A DNA stretch of 64,000 nt. It comes from a virus. Its lineage: Duplodnaviria; Caudoviricetes. The DNA is taken from the IMG/VR virus record IMGVR_UViG_3300042866_001263. One strand, given 5' to 3'. The notes beneath the pieces are model-generated. The model was not told the DNA's origin, searched no databases, and saw only the letters and a list, made by a program, of their open reading frames with translations. Position 1 is the first letter of the stretch, and each line of letters begins with the position of its first letter. Below are positions 25,801 to 35,100 of the stretch, piece after piece. The position numbers were made by a program, and so were the translations under genes.

Positions 25801-27245
25801 TAATAACTGCACAAATACAGTTACTTGAAAATACTGGATCAAATCTATCAAGAAAGCATATAGAATTTTTTGGTAGAGTTTCTCCAAATAGAGATGAAAT
25901 AGAAGTAATTGATATTTTCTACAATAAAACTCAAGTAATTAATCAAATTTCTGGCAGAGTTGCTGACATTGTTTCTACATCAGTTCTTACAACTAACAGA
26001 CAAATTACCACATCTTTTGAAAATCTAATTCCAAATGATGCTTTAACTAATGTCAATTACTATGCTACTGGTGCTTATCTAGATGTAGATTTAGCAATTA
26101 CTGACAATATTGTTTATGTTTCTGATACATCTAAATTTAAATCCAATGGTTATTTACTAATAGGCGATGAAATTGTAAGATACTACAGAAAACTAAATGA
26201 TCGTTTCCTTAAAGTACAAAGGGGTCAATCAAACACAACTGCAAAGTTATGGCTAGCTGGAACATTCTTACGTCAAATACCAGATCCAATTTCTACTGTA
26301 TTTGGTGGCGTTTCTATTATCGAATCTCAGTCTCAGATTGTTAGCATTCAGGGTGGAATTGGAACTGTGAATCTGTCACAGAGAACTACTCAGACACAAA
26401 ATGTAATTCCATCTCCAACTATTATATCAACTTCAAACTTTATTGAAATTGGAATTCTTCCTGTAGTTTCATTAACTTCTACATCTAATCTTACTGCAAA
26501 TACATTTATTGTATTTGATATTAATATTATTTCATCCGTTCAATCCTCGTATTATGGATTACAACATTCTTCTATAGTTCAATCAATACAATCTGAATTA
26601 GATATCAGTAAAGGATCATTAGAATTTTTACTAATTCCACCACCTTCTGGAGTTGTAGATGGTTATGTGGAGAGTATTTTTATTTCTGATCCACTTCAAA
26701 CTAGATTAAATGGATTTATAGATCTTGTAAACACCAATGATCAATATTCAGTAACTTTGAGAAATGGAACTTCAGTAGTTATTAGAAACTCTGTATTTGG
26801 AGTTGATACTCAATATATCGGTGACTATACTCCCACAAACGCTGGACATAGAATATCTCACTTCTCTGGAATATTTGACGATGGATCTTCTGGTGTTTCT
26901 GGATTGACAATAAACGAGATTGATACATACTATCCTTCCCTAACATTACAAGATTTTACTGATAGGGCAAATTCTAGTTACACTATTTCTGGAGAATACT
27001 TCAATCTTCTTCCACCATCTATTCAAAATCCAGTAACATTATCACAATCATCTGGATCTATTGGATCTACAATATCAGTTCAAAAAACAACATATTTTAA
27101 ATCAAGCGGATACATTTTAACAGGTAATGGTGGAGTAATTCAGTATACTGGAAAAACTTCAACATCATTTACTGGATGTTCTGTGGTTAGGGGATCGAAT
27201 ACGTTAAGTGTTGGCACAGAAATCATTCCATTCCAATTGACATAA
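16884..27245 (+). CDS. gp7: giant baseplate wedge initiator (gp7-like), 3453 aa
   Basis: Position after gp6; LIKNIQKFYKAKGTDSSIKFIF; ILDSHFYQDYSYVI..HPAGFKLFG; repeated G.GY beta modules. Confidence 0.85.
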   Translation: MAVKTKRISTLIESQLPEFISSEYELFGKFVEKYYESQEVQGGPLDIISNIQKYLDIDYYEKSLLKQNTILVSSINNSATSITLEDASGFPEKNGYLKIGNEIIFYAERTGNVISECFRGVSGNISLGDLYEKSAFTTTSAESHSSGDLVLNVSNLFLYAIVKNFESQYLASFPEKYLRGEVDKRTLIKNIQKFYKAKGTDSSIKFIFNTIVTQDIEDKPSVYKPRDFTYKSSESDWINIYALKVKVVSGNPKTLIGKTIVQSPTDEYGYASATVDNVFADGTVDNEQIWNIVLAPETVNGLFSVSTKTRLEKDLLASSGSTKRVSVFSTLGWDQSGEILIDDEIIKFSDKNATQFIIESRGSTPVLHSKDAFVYKPVVLSGSGVKLISLGIVYNLIPTDTQPYSSVGDEIQISTPGFETADPKIVVTGTNQPRWILGQGNPVNIPTNPALASSLDDVPTDVSAIFEDDQYYYIASSSYPSYKILDGSTVDQQLLDQKQLRILRKFPTRTTEVYKTPKRDVGVLVNGTPIFSFRDEESIRFGILEEIKVDTQGTGYDKPPFVLLDGVPNQARAVLSGQVVEKIIVDTNTVFPRTPEVTVTSGRDAVVRAVVTKGKVTSLIIDNPGEYYSSPPIIRIRDNAGRGRFADYTAVVNTDGKITDFVQNAEGNFYNQSTVIVDVIPVGRGASGIPYLKEWNKNRFAKYSTRLDTEYGYIFENYNSVLKYGYGHVANPKALRVALNDNINIAGAEPSTKTHSPIIGFAYDGNPIYGPFGHQDALNSQSPIVRMTSSYSLNNNRSQGPSLTIYPIGSFVNDYRYIHKSGSLDQNNGRFCVTPDYPQGTYAYFLTIDSNQVPQFPYFVGENFYSLPVDSNYNSNINQADIPKKSKRLFIPGMPRNGDGVIAQIAEVKSGTVDSISILNSSDNFSVNSKVYFDNSGTEGKEAATVVSFVKGKPVNYLYSKENKVVQLTTVQTAYLFANDTLSQPASGAYGEIVGTVANDNLIVLKNVIGTFNGTGTFSAAIKTFSILIDQNSSYTEGAILSLTDGINLPVATAQVLEGTSSQNIVKIKVLTGTWSVDDNYFIQSSDLFNTSGSRIVTLTSLSDGLVPFDVNQSVALVETTVDHGLGIGDEVKVDILPNDVTKTKTYYLRKRLYQTVKLKAPSYQSSINYTGVGRFEILNGGAFYTPGTYTNVSLTGGSGSEAKATIVVSSSGVVSSVTLQDGGSGYRKADYLSVSDEALSRSNTATSGSSRLTLYVDHAGFAIGSTKLIVDSTIGISVGDLLGVGKEVVQVSSILNNTITVLRAKDGTVEGDHFNGEIVYLYKPKYNFTNNFQLSPSSLSGRIKNYNPETQEVIITFDYATQKTNAEKVELTTSFFDSSVPQRLVAIDSIEDVSYKFEFSADNVNFVSNPNIDLQEYYNYKFDTSHSSLTGTYFDISPSKNFNIITEEKISSVILPGNPGSFTYVKFGFGSALSENNYSTKKGTQFSNFYYFDKNSIVDSEGKYFKIITDPLQGTKKVTYVTPNRFVYQLNSTPLWDGSGVITYTTSGEFAIGQIDQIKMINLGLNYKKVPVIIGCDPTRNYRAKATVLYDTSTNTITDVRVDDTGSNYINPRIIITKGDGVDASFNIIVRDGKIFSIVVDNPGKGYTFAPEISIIEGSVVAYAESTSIGVPQSVRILQNGASFHLDKTISSSFTSKYIFGLSSIVGNYQRGEIVVQKINNVEVARAVVSEWRSGSNLLKVEKITGIFRRGYPVQSILTNASGLIKSVFVSSFQDEIASFYDNLGYYSSDRGKIGVSNQKILDSHFYQDYSYVIESKTPIEKWRDLIKSTTHPAGFKLFGQVDVESTAQSEMPGQSHNTNSHFSIIQLWDPNKNKITVENTKRTITQIVQKVENQRIRRGIGSAAPSEFNFSEYRAFEIKLSAPFDGYYDTDGILQGTTIFQLRNSNTNAPFTPLSATNLIITLDGILQEPGVAYTVQNDTIVFSKPPLGAGLERTGNNLTDLTSYRGVTFYGKYFAFKDNQYNNRYLKKIRNIFQRSGRWLDAANQIDRNRTFIIEEAVGYGKNKYPTLDWSTKLDDYQRDIGYILDAYQHDIRFGGNIKTVDYIGIFRNNSDYDYITKNKTKSLDIFEYATRLASLAIRNWDIVEENVSYTQGSTTVTVSNTDKLVVGMYVSSGNAFSQNTRITSINNSTQITVSNAALINSVSISGSPYNATFYLNGINNGTYYDASNLILANKLYLQEEVSEYIYDNYSLPTTDKQKCKRDLGYLIDAVVYHLRFGGNEKIVEFARSYYEFYGYPYGEKLTRINRSQEETNAAIDAWETLGDLMILAMKNQLSSGAYTLITPVIDNTILSDPILPLCEEVTSSINTMIDIVKDIISDGAGIVQITPINLNKSGYWTNTLTYSNYNIINDPLLLAQECDNVISSVDSLYANVKDILDKKTVQRSLPDYIDGSNKVFELYWEDGTEVITDEDEDLFLTINAVLQRPKYNQEYPRFDSYYIDRTVIPNLLVFDVAPIWDQDFSAKSIGEATAVEKVVGIGVGNYKRLTIDYNLVNDVKSGPFLILDVEDYTVQNIEEPDFMYVFLDGVLQRQGYSYTVSGPNITFNVPILKEMKIDIRYLYGRDIGQVLNIFDFNPDTFYARSKVNLTVTSGLEDFIKYYWMGDKIGTPIHAYQEGTNGRCEVIGEISNILSNGNSLSFDVFGNNYAIDVSKPVFFAVRGFYNINTQLTISNATVAKETDESGRLILSDLNQIWSGTIIGKSYRLPFIGLSNSDKIRIDGQDSFREIKKLPGTTTSKEHRNYQQLSNSLFGSVDIETYNGITRGEGLSVVCTIQNGKVVALTWNQRSYDPITQPTAYQYYNPPILQFIPQDGNGGGARANVLVSKGQVISVDLIDGGSGYTQAPKIVVARGYDVLNTRDIGVSLINISMSPYVENAGLNIISTINVLGNQVASVFSVTSVVLESPINTDRVITAQIQLLENTGSNLSRKHIEFFGRVSPNRDEIEVIDIFYNKTQVINQISGRVADIVSTSVLTTNRQITTSFENLIPNDALTNVNYYATGAYLDVDLAITDNIVYVSDTSKFKSNGYLLIGDEIVRYYRKLNDRFLKVQRGQSNTTAKLWLAGTFLRQIPDPISTVFGGVSIIESQSQIVSIQGGIGTVNLSQRTTQTQNVIPSPTIISTSNFIEIGILPVVSLTSTSNLTANTFIVFDINIISSVQSSYYGLQHSSIVQSIQSELDISKGSLEFLLIPPPSGVVDGYVESIFISDPLQTRLNGFIDLVNTNDQYSVTLRNGTSVVIRNSVFGVDTQYIGDYTPTNAGHRISHFSGIFDDGSSGVSGLTINEIDTYYPSLTLQDFTDRANSSYTISGEYFNLLPPSIQNPVTLSQSSGSIGSTISVQKTTYFKSSGYILTGNGGVIQYTGKTSTSFTGCSVVRGSNTLSVGTEIIPFQLT

Positions 27246-27266
27246 ATAACCCTATAAATATAAATA
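27242..27266 (+). promoter_or_regulatory. three stacked late promoters
   Basis: ATAAATA at 27242-27248, TATAAATA at 27253-27260 and TATAAATA at 27259-27266. Confidence 0.75.
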
Positions 27267-27300
27267 ACTTTGGCACAACTCACGTCGGAACGAAAAACCA

Positions 27301-29127
27301 ATGGCTGCTATTATCTCTGATAAATTTAGAATTTTTAATGCGAAGCAATTTCTAGAATCGCTAACTGAAGGTGCTACGGATACTGGTTCCGAGCGTAGTA
27401 GAATGTACTTCTTCGTGGGTCGCCCACAACCTTGGAGAGCATATTTAGAAATTTATTCCAAAGGATCTGTTGCTTTTACAGCAGGACACAAGATCTTTGT
27501 TGGAACAACTGCTGGTCAGTATGGTGCCTCTGCTTTTAAAGCAACTATCGCTGCAGTTTATGATACTGCCCTCCTTCTAACTGACGTTTTTGGAACTAGT
27601 GGTGTTAATTCCACTCCACCTGTAGGAAGCACAATTACTGCAACAGCAGATAATGGAGCAACTATTGTTACAAACGCAACCGCCGTTACAGGTATCTATC
27701 GTTATGCTACCGAGGATGTGCCACCTCTTCCTCTAGATAACCAAGCAGAAGTAATTTCCATCTACGACGAAATTATTGCTGCTAAGAGAATTACCGACAC
27801 TTTTGCTAGAGCAGTCATTAGACGTTATAATTGGGACTTAGTTGCTAACCCCAAGTTTGATATGTGGAAGCCAGACTACTCTGCTACTCCAGGTGGCGGT
27901 GGTCAAATCGGAAAAGCAGCAGCAACTGGTGCAACTTCAATTGCTGATGCTAAATTCTATGTAATGAACTCCGCATACGAAGTATTCAAGTGCCTCTATA
28001 ATGGTCAAAATCCTTCAAATGCTAGTGGTCAAAACGCAACCGAAGAGCCAATTACAACTGGTGCTAATTATGCATCAGGAACTGGTCTCTATACAGAAAC
28101 AACTGGTGCTGGATATATTTGGAAATATATGTACACCATCCCAACTGATGATGTACTAAGATTCCTATCATCAGACTTTAAGCCAATCGTTCTTCCATCA
28201 AACACTTCACGTAGTACTGTTACAGCATCTGCTGTTGCTGGAGCATGTGATGTTGTTCTGATTGAAGATGCTGGATCTGGTCTTCCTGCTTCACAAACTC
28301 TCTATACATCCATCAAGGGAGATGGAACAGGTGGTATTGTTAAATTCACTACAAATGGTGGTGGAAATATCACATCTGCTTCAATTCAAGCAAGAGGATC
28401 TGGTTATACATATGCAAACGTACTACTAGGAAATGGCAACCTATTCAGTAATGTAGGTCTTACAACTGCGGTTGCTACTACTGCAGGATGGAAAGGTGCT
28501 CTAGAAGTTATCCTTCCACCTCTTGGCGGTCATGGTAAAGATCATGAAGCAGAATTAAATGCTAAGAGAATTATGACGAATATTCGTCTAACATACTCAG
28601 AAGGTTCAGGAGACTTCCCAGTTGATAACGATTTCCGCAGAATTGGTATTCTCAAGGACCCATATAATTATGGCACAACAACTTTCTCAACTGCTGATAC
28701 ACTAACTGGTCTAAAAGCAATCAAGATTACTGGTGCAACTGCAGACTTCATCCCAGACGAAAGAATTCAACAAACAGTAAGTGGTGGAACTGCTTATGGT
28801 ACTGTTGTTTCTTGGACCCTCGATAGTGGTTCAACAACTGCTGGTGTTCTGAAGTATATCCAGACAAATGATGCTCATGCTGACAGCGGTGTTGTCAGAG
28901 CTTTTGCTAGCAACGGAGCAAACGCCGTTACTGGTGCTTTGTCAAGTAGTTCTGGCACTGTCAATACCGCATACGCTGGTTCACTTCTAGGTATGACTTT
29001 TGCTGCTGGTCTTGCAAATCCAGAGATCGAAAATAATTCTGGCGAGATTATCTACGTAGAAAATCGTCGTCTAATTACTCGTGCTCCAGACCAGATTGAA
29101 GATATCAAACTCGTAATCGAGTTCTGA
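27301..29127 (+). CDS. gp8: baseplate wedge subunit gp8
   Basis: MAAIISDKFRIFNA.QF; FYVMNS..VFKCLYN; GYIWKYMYTI; IIYVENR..ITRA.DQ.EDIKLVIEF. Confidence 0.9.
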   Translation: MAAIISDKFRIFNAKQFLESLTEGATDTGSERSRMYFFVGRPQPWRAYLEIYSKGSVAFTAGHKIFVGTTAGQYGASAFKATIAAVYDTALLLTDVFGTSGVNSTPPVGSTITATADNGATIVTNATAVTGIYRYATEDVPPLPLDNQAEVISIYDEIIAAKRITDTFARAVIRRYNWDLVANPKFDMWKPDYSATPGGGGQIGKAAATGATSIADAKFYVMNSAYEVFKCLYNGQNPSNASGQNATEEPITTGANYASGTGLYTETTGAGYIWKYMYTIPTDDVLRFLSSDFKPIVLPSNTSRSTVTASAVAGACDVVLIEDAGSGLPASQTLYTSIKGDGTGGIVKFTTNGGGNITSASIQARGSGYTYANVLLGNGNLFSNVGLTTAVATTAGWKGALEVILPPLGGHGKDHEAELNAKRIMTNIRLTYSEGSGDFPVDNDFRRIGILKDPYNYGTTTFSTADTLTGLKAIKITGATADFIPDERIQQTVSGGTAYGTVVSWTLDSGSTTAGVLKYIQTNDAHADSGVVRAFASNGANAVTGALSSSSGTVNTAYAGSLLGMTFAAGLANPEIENNSGEIIYVENRRLITRAPDQIEDIKLVIEF

Positions 29128-29136
29128 TTTATATTT

Positions 29137-29182
29137 TACTCCGCTAAATACTAACGATTAGATGTTTGTATTTGGCGGAGTA
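29137..29182 (+). promoter_or_regulatory. late promoter inside a hairpin that sequesters the RBS
   Basis: TACTCCGCTAAATAC / GTATTTGGCGGAGTA 15-bp stem; TAAATA is in the 5' arm and GGAG in the 3' arm; ATG at 29185. Confidence 0.7.
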
Positions 29183-29184
29183 CG

Positions 29185-32100
29185 ATGCCACAGAAGACCA
29201 ATCTCAACGTAAATCCTTATTACGAGGACTTTGATGCGAATAAGAATTTTTATAAGGTTCTTTTTCGCCCTGGTTACTCAATTCAAGGCAGAGAACTAAC
29301 ACAACTACAGTCTATTCTACAGAATCAGATTGAAAGTTTTGGTAAGTATGCCTTCAAACAGGGCGAAATGGTTATACCTGGAGAGGTTGGATTAAATACT
29401 AAATTAGATTATGTAAAGTTATCTTCCGTTTCTGAAGTAGCAATAAACGAAGGTAATGATATTGTTTATAAAAAGTACGACATCTCACAACTAGTTGGTC
29501 AACAAGTTGTTGGATTAACATCTGGTGTTGTAGCAACAATATTGACAACGAAAGAATCGACAGATACTTCTGTCGATACAATTTATGTAAATTATATCAC
29601 AAGTGGAAATTCAAATACTGAACCAACTTTTAGACAAGGAGAAACTCTAGAGGTAGTTGACGGTGTTAATACTCCACTTCTTGTTGTAGGTACAAATGGC
29701 AGTGTTCTTCCAACAAGTATTAGTGTAATAAATCCAGATACTGGAGACGTAGCATCAGTAGAAAGTCCTGCTATGGGATTTGCATCTGCTGTTAAAGTAG
29801 AAGAGGGAATTTATTTTATTAATGGATACTTTGTTCGCAACGATGCAGAACTTTTAGTAATTGATGAATATTATGACAAACCTTCTGCTAAAATTGGATT
29901 TACTATATCAGAGACAATTGTAACTCCTGAGCAAGATAGCTCACTGTATGATAATGCAATTGGATCTTCAAACTATACTGCTCCAGGAGCACATAGATTA
30001 AAAATTGGAGTAAAGTTAACCGAGTTTGATCTTGGAGCAATTACTGACAAGAATTTTATTCAACTTCTAACAGTTTCTAGAGGAGTTGTAAAATCAAAAG
30101 TAACTCAGACAGATTATAACTTACTAGAAGAAACACTTGCAAGAAGAACTTTCGATGAAAGTGGCGACTACGTTGTAGACAATTTTGCAGTTGATGTTAG
30201 AGAATACGCACAGAAAGATGGCAATAAAGGCATCTTTTCCGCAGATGAGTTTGGATTATATAATGGATTAACATCTGCAGAATCATCTAAAAAAATGATT
30301 GCCAGTGTTGGTTCTGGTAAAGCATATGTTAAGGGATATGAAATTGTCAACAAAGAAACAAAATATCTCCCGATCAACAAAGCAAGAGAAAGTCTCAGCA
30401 GTGATAATGTAACGCTAAAGACAAAAGGATTACCAACATTTAGTGTTACGAATGTATATGGCAGTGTTCCCCTAAACAAAGAGGGTTCTGATCTCACTGC
30501 ATATCCAGATGTATTTTTATATTCAACATTTAATGATGGATCTATTGGTCTTAATAATACAGAACTTCCAACCGATCACAGACAAACTTTAGATAGAAGA
30601 GGATTGATTTTTAATAGTAATGATGCTATTAAAACAATCACTATTCAAGTAACAAATACTGTTACTACGATTGCATCTATTACTGATGGAACGTTTGAAG
30701 ACAAGATTGGCACACTGTACTATGTAAAAACTAGAGGCAATACTAATGCTCCAACTGCCATCGGAAGCATTAAATCTTTGTCATATGCTGTAGTCAGTAA
30801 GCCACTTGTAAATCCAAATACAGCAGTTAAATTTATAGAACTAACTGTTTTAGGTCCAAAGGACGAGTTGGAGTTGCTATTACTTGAGTATGATAATGGA
30901 GACACTAGTTTTTTACGTAAATTATATCTAACTCAAGCATCAGCTCAACTTGGAGCAAATAATAGTGAATTTGGTTTCATCGTTGATTATAGACCAACTA
31001 TAACACCAGTAATTGGAAAAGTAAAGCCAAGCAATTTCTATCTCCAAAGCAGAGGATCTGGTTTCAACTCAGATTCCGATATTGTACTTTCTAGAGGTCG
31101 TTTATCTGGTGGATCATCAGCCTACAATGGCGTCTTTGGATTGTCGTATTTTGATCCATCTTTCTTCACCAAGATCACTCTAGAATCGGTGCCAACAGGT
31201 GTTGGTGCCTTTGATACTGGTAAGTATGTATTTGGTCTAGAAAGCGGCGCCTACGGCGTTGTAGAGGGGTCTCCATCAGGAGTATACACAACCAATAATC
31301 TATTGTTTGTTAAAACTCTTTCTGGAAGGTTTAAATCTGGAGAAACTATCAGAGATGAATCTGGAAGTACAGTAAAGATTGCAAAAGACAACACAATTTC
31401 ACATTTTGTTGTGCAAAATAGAGGTCTTGGTTATGCAGATGGAGTGAGTATTATAATTAATGGATTGGAATACGACTCATCAAAAGTAGAGTTATTCAAA
31501 ACAAATTCTGGATCGATTTATAAAGCACTCATTAACAATCGTCGTGCTGTCAATATAGAATTCTCACAACCTCCAGCAGTAAGTGTAAAGAATCCATCAG
31601 ACGCAACTCCACCAAGTTCTGGCGCAGTTGTTGTTCCTATTTTATTCAGAGATACTGTAGTTACATACTCTCCACAAAATGTTAAATCTATTGGTTGTAG
31701 ATATGGATCTGGAAATGCTAATGTGTTTAGTGCAGATGCTGTAGTAGATAGTAAAGTATATTCAGAGATAAAATCAGTAACAGACTTCACTTTCTTTGGC
31801 ACTGCTGGATATGATTTCATTGAATCAACTAGCTTTAGTGCTGATGCTAGCACTGCAGTTACACAAGGAGATGTTGTACAATTTTCTGATGTAAATAACA
31901 ATTTGGTTCGTGCAGTTGTTCAATCTGCTACTGAACCATCTGGATCTGCGAAGACGAGAATTTATTTGGATACTGTACTTCCTGGAAATGTAACAAATAC
32001 AAGCATTGTTCGTCTCAGACCAGTATTAAAAAATCCCAATTCTGGAACTCTCTTGTTCCCAACTGGAAGCAAGCAGGTTGGTAAAATATCTGCTGGTGGA

Positions 32101-35100
32101 GATGATACAAAAATCAAGTACTATTTCCGTAGAGATTTTGTTACTACTGCTTCTGCAAGTGGAGGAACAGTTACATTTGCTGCACAACTTCCATTTGGAA
32201 CACAAAGATTTGCAGCATTCACCGAAGAAAATTATGTAATTACTGTATTAGATAAGGGTGATGCTCCTGATATTGAAAATGGAGATATCATTTATATCAA
32301 TTCGGATGCTGTAGAAATTTCATCCGCAACTGATACAGCTAGCGGTTTAACATCTGGCAGTATTAGTTTACAGTTACCTTCAACTTATTTTGGCACAATT
32401 CCATCGAATGGAACATTTCCAAAGTTGAAACTAACAGCAACTCTAGAAGTTAGTAACGCAAAACCAAGATTAAAGACAGCAATAAAGAATAAGAGAATTA
32501 CTGTTAATTCATCTGGAGATAGAGTAGTTCCATTTAGAGGAAATGACTATGATGTAGAGACTGTTGAAATTCTTTCATATTCCGATGCATATAAGTTAAG
32601 ATATGTTTATGAAGGAACCAGCACAACACCTCCCGAAGTAGATACGGCTGGCAATCTAATCTCTGGAACTGATGTTACTTCAAGATTTACATTTGATAAT
32701 GGACAGAGAGATACAATCTATGATGTATCACGAATTGTTTTAAAACCAGGATTTGAACCAACAAGTGGTCAGTTATTGATTGCATTTGATTATTTCGAAC
32801 ATTCACAGGGAGATTTCTGCACAATTGATAGTTACTTACATGAAGCTGGTGTTGATGAATCTGAAATTCCCACATTCAATTCTTCGGTTCATGGCAATCT
32901 TGAACTCAAAAATGTTCTGGACTTTAGACCAAAGGTAGATAATCAAGCAATTATTCCTGGATTCCAAGATACATCTTCTCTTGAAGTTACTACTGGTCAG
33001 TTCTCTGGTTCTGGATCTGTAATTGCGGCAACTCCTGCTGCAGATCTTGGACTTGAGTACACATTCTCGTTCAGTCAAGTTCAGTATCTTGATAGGATTG
33101 ATGGTATTTTCCTAAACAAAAAAGGTGAATTCTTCATTAAAGAAGGCAATTCATCTCTAAATCCATCCAAACCAGATAGCGTTGATGATGCGATTGCTCT
33201 TTTCTATGTTTACATTCCAGCTTATACAAAGACCAGCAATGATGTACGTTTAACTCCAGTTGATAATCGTAGATATACGATGAGAGATATTGGAAAACTT
33301 GAGAAGCGTATTGAAAGACTTGAGTACTATACAACTCTAAGCATCTTAGAGCAACAGGCATTAAATATGCAGATCAAGGATGAAATTGGACTTGATAGAT
33401 TTAAGAGTGGATTTTTCGTAGATAACTTCGAATCACATAGAGTTGGCAATCTTTCATCTCTAGATTACAAGTGTGCTATTGATAGTCAACAGTCAGTATT
33501 GCGTCCACAATCAAAAGAAAACTCCGTATCCCTCAAAGAAGTCTACACAAGAGAAGATCAAAGAGCAGTTGCTGGTTATAAGAAGACTGGAAATATAATC
33601 ACTCTTCCATACACAAATCTAGAATTACTTGGTAATTCTTTTGCATCCAAGACCTTAAATCCAAATCCATTTGTTGTTATCCAATATGTTGGTGATGTTA
33701 ATGTTTCACCAAATATCGATCAGTGGTATGATCAGAATATTGATCCAGTTGTTGTAGATACTAATACATCTCTGTTTAACATCTTCTTAGCGAAGAGTGA
33801 TTCGAAAGAGAGTTTCTCAAGTCTCTATAATTCATTTGTTGTTAATTGGGTTGGTGCAGCAACAGCGTTTACAAGCATCAATTCACTTGGAGAAGTAAAT
33901 ACCCAGCAAGCAACATCAGCAGTGACATCTGCTTCTGTTTCTAGTTCTTCAAATATCAGTCCACAAAATAATGATATTGGTAAGGGAGTTCAAACAAAGT
34001 CTATCAACAATAAACTAGTATCAACTTCACTTTCATTCTTCACAAGAAGCATTCCAGTAAAGTATGTCATTAGAAGACTGAAGCCAAATACAATTGTCAA
34101 TGTTTTCCTTGAAGGAAGAAAGATTAATCGTTGGGTAAATCCAGATCTAAGATTTACTGGCATTGCTGGCAATTCACTGTCATCATTTAATGGAACAGTA
34201 ATCACCGATGAAAATGGAAATGCTAGTGGATTAATTCTAATTCCAGCAGGAGCTCCACCAAGGGAAAATGCTACTTGGTCTGGTGATGTCAATACTGTTG
34301 ATTATGATACAAGTGGAGAAGAGATCCGTTTAACGACTGGCAATCTGACATTTAGGTTTACATCTAGTGCTACAGATGCTCCAAAAGATACTGTTGATAC
34401 ATACGCAGAAGTTAAGTACTATGCTACTGGTATCTTACCAGAAAATCCAGTAAGTATCGTATCCACAAAACCAGCATACTTCAAGTCAAATGAAGGTGTG
34501 CAGATTATCAATAACAATACTGATAATCCACTCAGACCAAATCCACTCGCTCAAACATTCAAAGTTCAAAACTTTGATGGCGGACTATTTGTTACTGGAG
34601 TAGATCTATTCTTCTCAACTAAGAGTAATGATATTCCAGTAAAAGTCTATCTAACTGATGTTGTATCTGGAAAACCAGGAAAGAATGTAATTCCTGGAAC
34701 TGAAAAAGTTTTAAATCCAAATACATTCCTGAAGTGTTATGCTAGTGGCAATGTTATTGTTACAAAGGGAGAAAATGTAACTGGCACTAAGTCTGCTGCA
34801 AGTGGACCAATCTTGAAGATTATTGATAAGAATGGAGTAGAGGTTGTACCATCTGCTTCTGGTAAATTCTCTCTCACTAATGAGCAAGTCTATACATTAG
34901 TACTCAGTAATCACAACGGAAGATCATTTGCTCAAAATGAGGATCTATCAATTCCATCAGTAACTTTAGCAAATGCCAAGGATGGAACAGATTTGAAATT
35001 GACAATTGCAAAAGATAGTGGCAGATTATCAGATATTAGAATTAAGAATACTGGTGCAAATTATGATAGTGCAATCTTAACGATTGAAAGTCCACAACTT

